From a virus (lineage: Duplodnaviria; Heunggongvirae; Uroviricota; Caudoviricetes), in IMG/VR virus record IMGVR_UViG_3300045988_145381: 48,428 nucleotides of DNA; one strand, given 5' to 3'. Shown piece by piece: positions 28,426 to 37,525 of the stretch. The notes beneath the pieces were generated by a model that did no database searches, was not told where the DNA came from, and worked only from the letters and a program-made list of their open reading frames with translations. Each line of letters begins with the position of its first letter. The stretch's first letter is position 1. The translations under genes and the position numbers were made by a program.

Positions 28426-29007
28426 CACTTGCCAGAGAGCATCATGCAACTGGATACCTCCGTTGCACTGGTTGCCCCAGCCATGCCAGCCATCAGGTAA
28501 ATCACCGCGAGCAAATAGCTCAATACGAGGAACATCACCTAACAGTCTTACCAGCTTGTCACGAACCACATCAGGCTTCCGTGAATGTTCCAGACGAGGC
28601 GATGTAAACGACTGAATGATCCCCGCATCAAGACGTGTCGGTAGTTTGCCTTTCACTGCAAACAAGCAATCTTCACTGTTTGCACGAGTCATATGCCCCA
28701 TCCCCATCACCAGCTTATCTGGTTGTCGGCTACCACATTTGTTCCATGTGAAGCCCTTCATGGTCATAAGCCTGAATCCCCATGCTTTCACCACCAGCAA
28801 CGCTTCTTCTGGCTGAGTCGGAACCCACCACATGGCCAACAAACACGATTCAGGATTAGCAAGCTGCCAGACAGGAATACGAGCAATATCCTCAGCTTTC
28901 ATCGTTGGATACTTAAAACCAGCTCCACGATTCCCATCCTTACACTTATCTTTGTATTCCCAGGGGGGATCTGCATAAATCAGATTAAACAATGCAATTG
29001 CCTCCAT
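28420..29007 (-). CDS. MT-A70-family N6-adenine DNA methyltransferase
   Basis: 195-aa ORF with the DPPW catalytic motif (...IYADPPWEY...). Confidence 0.7.
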   Translation of the reverse strand: MEAIALFNLIYADPPWEYKDKCKDGNRGAGFKYPTMKAEDIARIPVWQLANPESCLLAMWWVPTQPEEALLVVKAWGFRLMTMKGFTWNKCGSRQPDKLVMGMGHMTRANSEDCLFAVKGKLPTRLDAGIIQSFTSPRLEHSRKPDVVRDKLVRLLGDVPRIELFARGDLPDGWHGWGNQCNGGIQLHDALWQVS

Positions 29008-29315
29008 GTTAGTTGTGCCTCCGGCGCTTATCTCCGGCAGTCATAACGCTGGCCAGCTCTACAGCAGACACAACGAAAAGGGCACTAACCAGACTGATTA
29101 ATGCCCTTGCCTGTTGTGTGCCGGATATCGCCCGACAACGCTGTTTTGGTAACACGGCTACAGTTCCGTGCCGCTCCAGCTTTTACCCCTTTGCGGATAA
29201 CAGGCCCTGCCTGTAACTTAGCCCCACGTTCGCCCGAAATGCGCACCAGGCACGCATAAAGATGAGCACGAAGGAAGTAACTCCACCGCGCTTATCTTTA
29301 TGTGTGAGAGTGAAT

Positions 29316-29391
29316 TGGTGGCCCCTACCGGATTTGAACCGATGACCGTGCGATTATGAGTCGCCTGCTCTAACCACTGAGCTAAGGGGCC
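29316..29391 (-). tRNA. tRNA, anticodon CAU (Ile2-like or Met)
   Basis: 76-nt cloverleaf GGCCCCTTAGCTCAGTGGTTAGAGCAGGCGACTCATAATCGC...GGTTCAAATCCGGTAGGGGCCACCA with encoded CCA; 5' half matches E. coli ileX-type tRNA as recalled from memory. Confidence 0.85.
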
Positions 29392-29560
29392 ATATTTGAT
29401 CTGTTTGTCTGGTGTGGCGCCGCGCACGAAAATCCCAGCCAATAAATTCAGGATTTTTGGGCGCGGCGGCATATCAGACAAACATGGTTGATGCGTGCGC
29501 CCATAAGAAAAGCGCATAGAATGTTGTAACTATATATTTATATAATTATAGAAATATATA

Positions 29561-29770
29561 TTACTTTCGGCAGTTGATTTCCCATGCCCTGTTATGAGCC
29601 AGAATATCTTTCTTTGTCTGGCGGTCCATAACATCGATGTCGTGATCAGTCAGGTAGATGGGCTTTACCCAATCACAGGCGGTATCAACCACCACCGGGA
29701 CGCTTCCACGACTCCCGCAGCTCGCGATCAACATCGTCATCAGCCATATGGTTAACACTCTGCTGTACAT
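29561..29770 (-). CDS. o-spanin (Rz1-like lipoprotein)
   Basis: 69-aa ORF with lipobox-like LIASC, out of frame inside the 3' part of the i-spanin ORF. Confidence 0.55.
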   Translation of the reverse strand: MYSRVLTIWLMTMLIASCGSRGSVPVVVDTACDWVKPIYLTDHDIDVMDRQTKKDILAHNRAWEINCRK

Positions 29771-29963
29771 TCCCCACCTCTTTTGTCACTTCTATACGCC
29801 GCTCCGCAGTGGCTTTTACGGCGGCTGCATTCTCATTAATGCGCTGCTTTTCAGCTTCATATTCGGCCTTTTCTCGCCCCTTCATACGACCAAAACCAAA
29901 TGCGCCGAATGCAACTAATATAATGGTGCCGATAAATGACAAAACGGCTTTCAAACCAGTCAT
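29685..29963 (-). CDS. i-spanin (Rz-like)
   Basis: 92-aa ORF with N-terminal TM segment and charged coiled region; immediately downstream of the endolysin. Confidence 0.55.
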   Translation of the reverse strand: MTGLKAVLSFIGTIILVAFGAFGFGRMKGREKAEYEAEKQRINENAAAVKATAERRIEVTKEVGNVQQSVNHMADDDVDRELRESWKRPGGG

Positions 29964-30502
29964 ACCACCACTCGCTCTTTCATCCAGCCATAGACAAACG
30001 ACTCATTTGCTTCGCGTTTCTCCGCCAGGTCCAGATAACGGTCGCCCTGCGTACAGTTAAGGGCCGTCAGCATTACCCGTTCGCCGTCTTTTCCCCGATT
30101 CCCAAGATAAGCACGTAATGCCGCAATGGTGCGCGGGCCGATTCGCCCATCCACATCCATATCTGGATACAACTTCCCGCCACGGTTGAAAACATTCAGC
30201 CAACGTTGAAGCATCTTCGTAGCCACAGTCGGCCCCATGTTGACGCCCGTATCGCACATCTCAGCCGCAATATCAGGGGAAAATTGCGCCACCTGGTCAA
30301 AACGAGGCCCATACCAATAATCACCTTCAAGAATCATCAGAGCCTGTTCTCGCGTCAGATCTCGCATATCGCCACGGTATCCGTGAGCACGGGCAGTATT
30401 CTGAGTGATGCCCCACATTGTTGGGCCTCCCTTGTCGTCAGGGTGATCAACATAACCGCCCTCTTTTCCAAGAATGCTGTTAAAAATCTCATCTTTGGTC
30501 AT
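29960..30502 (-). CDS. endolysin, GH108-type muramidase with C-terminal peptidoglycan-binding region
   Basis: 180-aa ORF; N-terminal ...GKEGGYVDHPDDKGGPTMWGIT... motif characteristic of GH108 lysozymes. Confidence 0.8.
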   Translation of the reverse strand: MTKDEIFNSILGKEGGYVDHPDDKGGPTMWGITQNTARAHGYRGDMRDLTREQALMILEGDYWYGPRFDQVAQFSPDIAAEMCDTGVNMGPTVATKMLQRWLNVFNRGGKLYPDMDVDGRIGPRTIAALRAYLGNRGKDGERVMLTALNCTQGDRYLDLAEKREANESFVYGWMKERVVV

Positions 30503-30785
30503 GATTAAATCCTAATGCGTCAACTATCCGCGCCAGATTGCCCCTGAAATACAGAACAACGATGCAGATAATCAGATTTCCAATAACCACCAGCCAGTGG
30601 GATTCTTGATAAAGACCGAACACATAACGGAAGGGAACATTGGCGTATACAATGACGTAGATATAAGCTAGAAAGGAAACAAATGGACGATGCCTGGAGT
30701 CTTTCCGTCGATAAAGCATCAGCGCCATTACTATTACTGTGCAAAGCACCGCATTAATCAGTGCTGACGGGTCACTGCTTACCAT
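30489..30785 (-). CDS. membrane protein, possible holin or antiholin partner
   Basis: About 3 TM segments; between the holin and the endolysin; start uncertain (ORF track 30489..30821). Confidence 0.4.
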   Translation of the reverse strand: MVSSDPSALINAVLCTVIVMALMLYRRKDSRHRPFVSFLAYIYVIVYANVPFRYVFGLYQESHWLVVIGNLIICIVVLYFRGNLARIVDALGFNHDQR

Positions 30786-31167
30786 TTGAACCCCCTCCAC
30801 GTAAGCGGGAAAGCATTCCAAAGATGCTACCGAGATCCTGGCTGTTTACGAACGTGAGGATTTTAATGGTCAATGCAGCCACAATAACCGCACCAAGCGC
30901 ATCCAGAGGACGATCGTTGTAGCTGGTCCATTTGGCAAGAAATGAGCCAACTAACGGCGCTCCAATCACTCCAACAATGAACGATGTAAAGAAATAGCCA
31001 ATCAGCTTGAGACGGCTAATATTCACCGCTGTAGCAACATAGAAAACAGCGCCAGCAAATGCCCCGAATACAACGCCGTAATCAATACCAGTTGCAATAC
31101 CAAAAACGCTGGCACCCATCAGGCCACCAGCAGCAACGGCCGTACCGGAAATTGGTTCTGCTGACAT
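30772..31167 (-). CDS. holin (putative)
   Basis: 131-aa multi-TM protein at the head of the lysis cassette; gaggat Shine-Dalgarno; terminator immediately upstream. Confidence 0.55.
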   Translation of the reverse strand: MSAEPISGTAVAAGGLMGASVFGIATGIDYGVVFGAFAGAVFYVATAVNISRLKLIGYFFTSFIVGVIGAPLVGSFLAKWTSYNDRPLDALGAVIVAALTIKILTFVNSQDLGSIFGMLSRLRGGGSNGKQ

Positions 31168-31176
31168 TGAAATCCT

Positions 31177-31212
31177 CGTTAAAAAAAAAGCCCCGCCGAA
31201 AAAGGCAGGGCT
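31177..31212 (-). terminator. terminator-like hairpin upstream of the lysis cassette
   Basis: Minus-strand GC hairpin followed by a run of 9 T. Confidence 0.5.
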
Positions 31213-31553
31213 TCATAAAGCAACAAATTACGCGGTAATCGCTTAACGCAGTTTTACTACGTTAAATGAAACACTACACCCAGTTACCACCTAAAACAAG
31301 GTTTCCCCATAAAAAAACCTTCATATCGTGGTTAATCGATCAATAAAAAAGCAATGTTCAACTTTTTACCAACCGAACATCCCGACCAGGACTTCCATAA
31401 TATTCGCCGATATGCCACTGCTTAAGTTGAGTAATCTTCTCCAACTTAACTCCCATAGAGTCCAGTTTCTGCCATGTTTTCGGTTGTATGTGCTTCATTA
31501 CCCGCTCTGAATATCTGAATACTGCTCGTAAGCGCATGGCTTCTCACTACAGC

Positions 31554-32060
31554 TTATATATGTTCACGACTGGACTTCCAGAATATCCACGCCAGATCAA
31601 CATTCGGGTCCTGGTAATTCATCCCTTCGTTGGCACGAAGCAATAATGTTTCATGGTTTTTATCACCCGCATGAAACCTGACAAGTGCTTCGAACTTTTC
31701 GCGCCCATCATCCGGCACTACCGGCTCTGGTTGGATAGTGACGTTGGCAAAGGCAGCACGCAAACCGGCCTTAATTTCCTCTACTTCATCAGCGCCTAGC
31801 GATGAATCTGACAATGCGTGATGGAATGCGTAAGCCATATCGTCGTTTACTGCAACCGGCTCTGCTTCCAGTGATGCCAGTGCAATTTCATAAGCACGGC
31901 GCTCAATATTGTCTCTAACGTCCAAGCTGCCTATGCGCTCTTTGATTTCTTTAATCATTTCTTTGTCGGTAAAAGTGGTCACATCACTCTCCTTTAGTGC
32001 GCAGATAACTGTGGTTTTTCCAGCGGTTTTGCGCCGCGCTGGGCTTTTTGCAAAAACCAC
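31554..32060 (-). CDS. hypothetical protein
   Basis: 168-aa ORF; start uncertain. Confidence 0.4.
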   Translation of the reverse strand: MVFAKSPARRKTAGKTTVICALKESDVTTFTDKEMIKEIKERIGSLDVRDNIERRAYEIALASLEAEPVAVNDDMAYAFHHALSDSSLGADEVEEIKAGLRAAFANVTIQPEPVVPDDGREKFEALVRFHAGDKNHETLLLRANEGMNYQDPNVDLAWIFWKSSREHI

Positions 32061-32164
32061 AATCCATCATCCCGTAATGTTTCATTAACCCCATCCGTCG
32101 GTTGCTGAGTCTCACCCACTGCCAGACGCCAGGAGCGTTTCTACGAACTAACAGAATCTTTGCT

Positions 32165-32452
32165 TTACGGTTTTTCATCGTTTGCCCCCTGCTTTTCTGC
32201 CCTTAACACCATGCGAGAACCATCATCCAGCTCCCAATTGATTTCACCGCCTTCTGCCATGACAAGATGCCAAACGAGTTGTGCGGCCTCGTTGGTTACA
32301 TCACGACCGCGATCATTGCCTACACGGCGTTTTGTTCCGTCACCTAAATCGCGCATTTTGGCCAACACGATGGTTTTTGATAGCGGTGAAAAACCAAGCT
32401 GTAGCCGTGCGGAATTACTCACTGGTTGCCCCCTGAATACGTTTAAACTCAA
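32165..32452 (-). CDS. hypothetical protein
   Basis: 95-aa ORF; true start probably internal (MRDLGDG...). Confidence 0.3.
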   Translation of the reverse strand: MSLNVFRGQPVSNSARLQLGFSPLSKTIVLAKMRDLGDGTKRRVGNDRGRDVTNEAAQLVWHLVMAEGGEINWELDDGSRMVLRAEKQGANDEKP

Positions 32453-33020
32453 TTACCCATACCCACGGGTTAGATAGCCAGTTCTCTTGCCCGTAAATAC
32501 CGCGCCAGATATCACCAAAGCCAACGCGATAAACCGCTTCCGGCGGTGTAATCTTGTACGTCGCCGGAGATGCGCCTTCCGCTTTAGCATCTGCCTCGCT
32601 CATGTCATGCAGCCGTTCCACACGCACGTCGGTAATTTCCAGCAAAATACGCGAAGCCCAGCGCGGCATGTGAATCGACGGGGTCCAGCCCTCAGCTGGC
32701 TTGCTACTATCTGAGTAATCAGCCTTGTAATCACACAGTTCAGAAGCCAGAGAGACACCATCTTTGATTTCCTGAATGACATCGTTATCCAGCCAAAAAG
32801 CGTTGAATGTTTCACGGACCCATATGCGATCACCAACGTTACCGAACGGGCATAAACCATGTTCCGGTGCATCCATAACGTGGGTATAGACACCATTGCG
32901 TTTCTTTGTCGGTTTACGGATAACCAGGCAGTTATCGGCCCTGACATTTTTTACAGGTCGGCGAGTCTGCGTTTTCCTTCCTTCGAGGATGGCTCTGACC
33001 ATCTCATCATTAAAAATCAT
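32415..33020 (-). CDS. ASCH/PUA-like domain protein (putative)
   Basis: ORF 32415..33107 trimmed to MIFNDEMVRAILEGRKTQTRR..., an ASCH-like N-terminal signature recalled from memory. Confidence 0.45.
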   Translation of the reverse strand: MIFNDEMVRAILEGRKTQTRRPVKNVRADNCLVIRKPTKKRNGVYTHVMDAPEHGLCPFGNVGDRIWVRETFNAFWLDNDVIQEIKDGVSLASELCDYKADYSDSSKPAEGWTPSIHMPRWASRILLEITDVRVERLHDMSEADAKAEGASPATYKITPPEAVYRVGFGDIWRGIYGQENWLSNPWVWVIEFKRIQGATSE

Positions 33021-33040
33021 GCCGCGCTCTTTCACCTTGC

Positions 33041-33406
33041 TCACTTCAACTCCTCCCGACGACGTTCCTGAAGCTCTAGCATTGCGGCTCGGAAATCCTG
33101 CCACCACTCCTCATCTGCAACGGGGGTGTTCCGCTCCAGCACCTTGTCCGCATCTGCGATCAGATTTGCCAGACTCTTGTCTGAAATCTTCGTTACCGGA
33201 GTCGTTGGTTGCTCAACCTGCCCGATAGGTTTTATCGTGCTCAAAAGGAGGCGACGGCTGGAAAGTGGCGACCCACAACGGCGCCCATCTTCCTTGCGAT
33301 ATGTTTCTTTCGGACCAACACACCAAGTTGTCGGCGTTTCGCGTAACTTCACTTTTTTCTCACCATCAATGGTGATGATTATTCCGGTATGGGTTTTGAT
33401 GCTCAT
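33041..33406 (-). CDS. hypothetical protein
   Basis: 121-aa ORF coupled to the upstream gene. Confidence 0.4.
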   Translation of the reverse strand: MSIKTHTGIIITIDGEKKVKLRETPTTWCVGPKETYRKEDGRRCGSPLSSRRLLLSTIKPIGQVEQPTTPVTKISDKSLANLIADADKVLERNTPVADEEWWQDFRAAMLELQERRREELK

Positions 33407-33684
33407 GCCACAGCCCCTCTCAACGGCTTAACTTTGGCTAATAAGGTGTTAAACAACATGGAGTTAGGGTTCATGCCAAATGGCAATTCCGGTTTAGCGG
33501 AGTAGTACAGGCAACCATTTATTTTCCTGGTTGTTATCTGTCCTTCGGCAACCATGCTTCTCAGTCTGCAACGCATAGAGTTCTGCGACACACCAATGTG
33601 CTCCGCGATTACGTCCACTTTTGAACATGGGTGATCGGTCAGGAAATTAATCACATCTTGGGGGTTAATAATTTTGCGTTTCAT
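33403..33684 (-). CDS. small winged-helix-like DNA-binding protein (putative)
   Basis: ORF 33403..33705 with probable start MKRKIINPQDV...; AT-rich palindrome motif immediately upstream. Confidence 0.4.
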   Translation of the reverse strand: MKRKIINPQDVINFLTDHPCSKVDVIAEHIGVSQNSMRCRLRSMVAEGQITTRKINGCLYYSAKPELPFGMNPNSMLFNTLLAKVKPLRGAVA

Positions 33685-33761
33685 TGTCGAGGCGTCCTTA
33701 TACATTTATATAAATATATAATTCTATATACAGCGGGAGACATCCCGCCGTATGCTTACTG

Positions 33762-34829
33762 TCAGGCTTTCAATAGCGATTCTTTCAGATATCGGGCATC
33801 AGCCAGGGCGTTTGGAGTAATCTTGCGAACCCATGCATTACGGGTTGGACTCCACTTAAAGGCGCGTGATTTAAGCAGCGAACGAATGTTTGCCTCTGGT
33901 TTGCCAGGGAAATAAAACAGGATGCGGTTATCCTCTGGATCTATCTCCATAGAAAAGCCGTCGTATTCTTCGCGCTGTGCTCCTGTTACAGACTTGACCG
34001 ATTCAAGCTCCTTAATACGGCTCTGTAGTCGTTTGATTTCGGCGTTATTGTTGCTCAGTGCGTATGAAGGGAATCCGATGCGCCCACAGAAATCTCCGGC
34101 CAGTAACTCTTTGGCTTCGCTTTCTGTAAACCTGAGATCGATTAATGCAGAAAGCTGCTGTAATTGGTCTTTTTTGTATTTGCGAATGGCCTTATTTGCG
34201 GCCTTCATTTTGACGTGTGACTTCATGCAGCCTTGCAGTTTACGAAGCAACTTAAATAGCGCATCAGGATCATCAGACGAAATTCCATTACGACCAACAC
34301 CTGCGGCTTTGCTCTCGTAGTGTGATGCTTTACTTTCGCATTCAACAAACGCTTTTCTGAATAACGCATCAGCTTTAGACAAACGGCGGCGATGGCCTTT
34401 CGCGCTATAATGGTCAACTAAAATCGGCTGGCCTAACGGGATCACATCCAACAGGTCATGCGCTCGCTTATGCGCTACCGCTCCTTCTTTTCTGGCTTTT
34501 TCTGCACGAGCAATATATCGGGCAAGACGCGCGTTCTGGCGTTCCTGATAGGTGTTTACGTAATCATCTCCGCGCTGCTGCTGTTCAAGCCATGCTTTGC
34601 GCAGATCTTCTGTTACGTCCACCAGCTCCGCAGGGATACAACCAGTTTGGGCTTCATAAGAGTAACCATCCTCATAGATGCGCCCATCGTCTTCAACAAA
34701 GAAAAAGGTTTCGTGCTCATCGCTTTTGACCATACGACCATTAACATGGCGTAATAGGTAGCCAGTATCAGTGCTTAACAGGCTGTTAGGGTTGTTGATC
34801 CAGTCAGAAATAATTACTTGTTTATTCAT
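33762..34829 (-). CDS. DUF3560-like protein
   Basis: 355-aa ORF; C-terminal ...FKWSPTRNAWVRK... resembles the DUF3560 signature recalled from memory; downstream of promoter-leader copy 2. Confidence 0.5.
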   Translation of the reverse strand: MNKQVIISDWINNPNSLLSTDTGYLLRHVNGRMVKSDEHETFFFVEDDGRIYEDGYSYEAQTGCIPAELVDVTEDLRKAWLEQQQRGDDYVNTYQERQNARLARYIARAEKARKEGAVAHKRAHDLLDVIPLGQPILVDHYSAKGHRRRLSKADALFRKAFVECESKASHYESKAAGVGRNGISSDDPDALFKLLRKLQGCMKSHVKMKAANKAIRKYKKDQLQQLSALIDLRFTESEAKELLAGDFCGRIGFPSYALSNNNAEIKRLQSRIKELESVKSVTGAQREEYDGFSMEIDPEDNRILFYFPGKPEANIRSLLKSRAFKWSPTRNAWVRKITPNALADARYLKESLLKA

Positions 34830-34940
34830 CAGATTTCTCCGGTTTAACCAGGGCGGGTATCGCTCGGTTTCGGGTATAACCTTAGGAAATTTTTTCCCAC
34901 CTGTAAAGCACTTTTTATATAAATTATATAATTATATATT
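34827..34940 (-). promoter_or_regulatory. conserved promoter-leader element, copy 2
   Basis: Near-identical to copies 1 and 3; lies between the Q-like gene and the DUF3560-like gene. Confidence 0.6.
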
Positions 34941-35000
34941 ATTAGATTTTCGATGTTCCCGATGTCTACACACCTATCAAAAAGCTCAAAATTGACACTT

Positions 35001-35378
35001 TTACTCTCTTCGCTTTTTCAAATAGTCGACAACATACGCCCTGGCTTTTGCCAACTTCCGGCGATACTGTCTGAGACTAAGAGAAAGGGCGTGGGCTTTA
35101 TCAATATGCGGTGCATTTATGTCGAGGCCCCGAATCTCCCACGCCCCGTATTCAATTCGGACAACCAGCGCCGCAGTCTCATCAACTACCGTGAGGGCCG
35201 TCACCGCTCCCTCGATACTGGTTTCCAGTGAGTCATTTGGTGCGCCGCCTCCTCCGGTAAACTGGCAACGCGTAACCATCATCATTTCTAACATCGACGC
35301 GAAACCGCTACGGGCGTTGCAGCCATTGCGCACCCACAGCGCCCATAGCTCAAACAAGCTATCCAGATCGCGTCTCAC
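35001..35378 (-). CDS. antitermination protein Q-like (putative)
   Basis: 125-aa ORF; ...LFELWALWVRNG... and C-terminal basic region resemble Q21/QuuD-type antiterminators recalled from memory; sits at the end of the cro-side operon. Confidence 0.45.
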   Translation of the reverse strand: MRRDLDSLFELWALWVRNGCNARSGFASMLEMMMVTRCQFTGGGGAPNDSLETSIEGAVTALTVVDETAALVVRIEYGAWEIRGLDINAPHIDKAHALSLSLRQYRRKLAKARAYVVDYLKKRRE

Positions 35379-35381
35379 TGT

Positions 35382-35714
35382 TCAGATCTCCCGTATCGTG
35401 ACGGGATAAAGCGCCTCTACCTGCTTTTTCTTCATGATGTAGACGTCTGTTCGCACACCTTTAGTGTCGACACAATCAATCGTCCCATCGTCATAAAACA
35501 CCATGAAATCAAGTTTATAAACGACACCACCAGGCAGATGAAAAGGCACCTGCATAAGAAACGTCACAACGCGGCCAGCTTTTCTCAGTAGCTTCAGTTC
35601 GCAGTAGTAATCAGCCTCTTTTTTGCTATCAAAAGCGATATCATCGACAACCGTTTTTTTATTGCCGTATTTGCTTTTCCTTGTCGCTGGTTTGCGAAAG
35701 CCGGTATATCTCAT
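35382..35714 (-). CDS. DUF1064-family phage protein
   Basis: 110-aa ORF MRYTGFRKP...KYGNKKTVVDDIAFDSKKEADYY... typical of the family. Confidence 0.55.
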   Translation of the reverse strand: MRYTGFRKPATRKSKYGNKKTVVDDIAFDSKKEADYYCELKLLRKAGRVVTFLMQVPFHLPGGVVYKLDFMVFYDDGTIDCVDTKGVRTDVYIMKKKQVEALYPVTIREI

Positions 35715-36115
35715 TTGGTATCCCCTGGTACTTCACCAAGACTAAGATCAAACCCAATTTCGTCTTTAACTGACTGCGGCAACAGCTCCCACGTCTGCGC
35801 ACACAAAAATTCATCGGTGCCATAACGCTCAACAAAGCGAGCACAATTACTCAGGGGAGGGTGACGAACGGCAATATGCGGAGGCACGCGCCCACCACCA
35901 GGCACAACACCGCGATGATGTGGTGCGCACAACCCAAAGCTATGGAAGTGGCAATTTTCATCAACGCTGCCGTAATCAGGATCGTGATGTAGCTCCGTCC
36001 ACAGCTCTGGATTCTCAATTTCACGGCCATCAATAATGCAAGCTATGCAACCCACGTGAGTGAGCACCGCTTGTATATAAAGTTTCTCTTTCTTCGTTGG
36101 TGTACGTCCGTTCAT
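35711..36115 (-). CDS. HNH-type nuclease, Ref-like (putative)
   Basis: 134-aa ORF with Cys/His-rich HNH-like motifs (...HVGCIACIIDG...ELHHDPD...CHFHSF...). Confidence 0.45.
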   Translation of the reverse strand: MNGRTPTKKEKLYIQAVLTHVGCIACIIDGREIENPELWTELHHDPDYGSVDENCHFHSFGLCAPHHRGVVPGGGRVPPHIAVRHPPLSNCARFVERYGTDEFLCAQTWELLPQSVKDEIGFDLSLGEVPGDTK

Positions 36116-36348
36116 CAGCGCCCCTTACCATTGATAAAGAGGTTGAACTCGTTGATTAACTGGACATACATGCTTCTGGCCGCGTAGTTCTTTGCCAGCT
36201 CTTTACGGGATGAGATCCCGCAAAACTCACGCAGAATCACAGAGGCCTCAGAACTGTTTGAAACGTTCTTCCCTGTTTTACTGGTCAGAAAGCGCCAGAA
36301 TTGGGGATTCTGGCAATGCATCGCAGCACCGCGAACATAACTACTCAT
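36115..36348 (-). CDS. hypothetical protein
   Basis: 77-aa ORF coupled in the early operon. Confidence 0.35.
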   Translation of the reverse strand: MSSYVRGAAMHCQNPQFWRFLTSKTGKNVSNSSEASVILREFCGISSRKELAKNYAARSMYVQLINEFNLFINGKGR

Positions 36349-36860
36349 TGATGGCCCCCGTCATTTCTGGTGCTTTTCACCGTGCGGCTTCTTAAAAACC
36401 TGCCATCACGAACAACAGACACTTCTCGTTTACCCAACCTCATTTCACGGCGGTAACATTCAGAAAATGCCTCGTCCGGCATCATATAAATGCGACGCTT
36501 CGCCTCCGTATCCAGAAGGGAACGGCTTGGGGTTACATATAAAAACGACTCATCAATAGGGACAAAACCACGAGCAAGAATTGCTGGCAGAATGCCAGGA
36601 AGAACGCAGAAAACAGCTCCACGATGCAGCAACATCTGGTACTCCATGACCTCCGTTATCCCCGTGACGACTGTTACGGTGTCACGTCTGTTACGGCTGG
36701 CAACCAGTCGCTGCACACGTCCAATTTTCTGATCTACAGATAGATGTTTGCTATCGTTATCAATATGATCGATAACAAATCCTTTAATCGTTTGATCAAG
36801 GTAGTGCATCACCTGCGATTGAATCTGGTGATTATCACCAAAGAAGGCCAGAATCATCAT
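36345..36860 (-). CDS. hypothetical protein
   Basis: 171-aa ORF in the early operon. Confidence 0.4.
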   Translation of the reverse strand: MMILAFFGDNHQIQSQVMHYLDQTIKGFVIDHIDNDSKHLSVDQKIGRVQRLVASRNRRDTVTVVTGITEVMEYQMLLHRGAVFCVLPGILPAILARGFVPIDESFLYVTPSRSLLDTEAKRRIYMMPDEAFSECYRREMRLGKREVSVVRDGRFLRSRTVKSTRNDGGHQ

Positions 36861-37351
36861 TCCTCAAGCCTCCCAAGTGCTGAACGCCGGGCGTTGCTAA
36901 TCTCCTTATGAATCAGCTCGATATCGCTGGAATCTTTATTCTTAAGCTCCAGCACGGCAATCGCATCACGAACCTCTGAAACGGTTACGTGTGAGTGTTT
37001 CCAGCGAGCAATGAATCGCGGACCGCGTAGATTGCAACGCTCCGCAGGCATCCCCAGCTCAGAGAAAACCGCTTTCAGCCTTGATAAGCAGTTAACAGGG
37101 AGATTCCCTTTGATCTTGTTCTGCCGAACCGATGTGCCATCGCTACGCTGGCGCTGACGTTCGGCAAAATCTGCCGCCCATTGCTGGACGTTAATCCGGC
37201 CTTCCGAATACGCCACCAGCAGCGTCAGGTTATCCGCACGAGGGAATCTCTCGAAGCGATACCAGGCACCAATCAGTGATGACGTAAAGCCAAACTTTCT
37301 GGCAACACCAATTTGGCCTCCATTTTCGTCAACCCACTCCTGAAAGGTCAT
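36857..37351 (-). CDS. Cro/CII-like HTH regulator (putative)
   Basis: 164-aa ORF divergent from the CI-like gene; N-terminal HTH-like segment (...GGQIGVARKFGFTSSLIGAW...). Confidence 0.45.
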   Translation of the reverse strand: MTFQEWVDENGGQIGVARKFGFTSSLIGAWYRFERFPRADNLTLLVAYSEGRINVQQWAADFAERQRQRSDGTSVRQNKIKGNLPVNCLSRLKAVFSELGMPAERCNLRGPRFIARWKHSHVTVSEVRDAIAVLELKNKDSSDIELIHKEISNARRSALGRLEE

Positions 37352-37370
37352 TTAACGAACTCCAGTTAAA

Positions 37371-37489
37371 ACCACGATATGTGGTATTAAAACCACATAT
37401 CGTGAGTTTTTCAATGGGCGAAACAAAAAATAACCTTCTATTTGTGGTCCACCTCTCGTCTTACCATGTGAAAACCACTAAATGTGGTA
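37371..37489. promoter_or_regulatory. immunity operator region with three ACCAC-N5-GTG(G/A)(T/G) sites
   Basis: accacgatatgtggt (37371..37385), accacatatcgtgag (37392..37406), accactaaatgtggt (37475..37489) in the divergent intergenic region; tataaat -10-like element at 37493..37499. Confidence 0.6.
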
Positions 37490-37525
37490 ATGTATAAATA
37501 ACCCACCATTCACGATTGATGAGAC

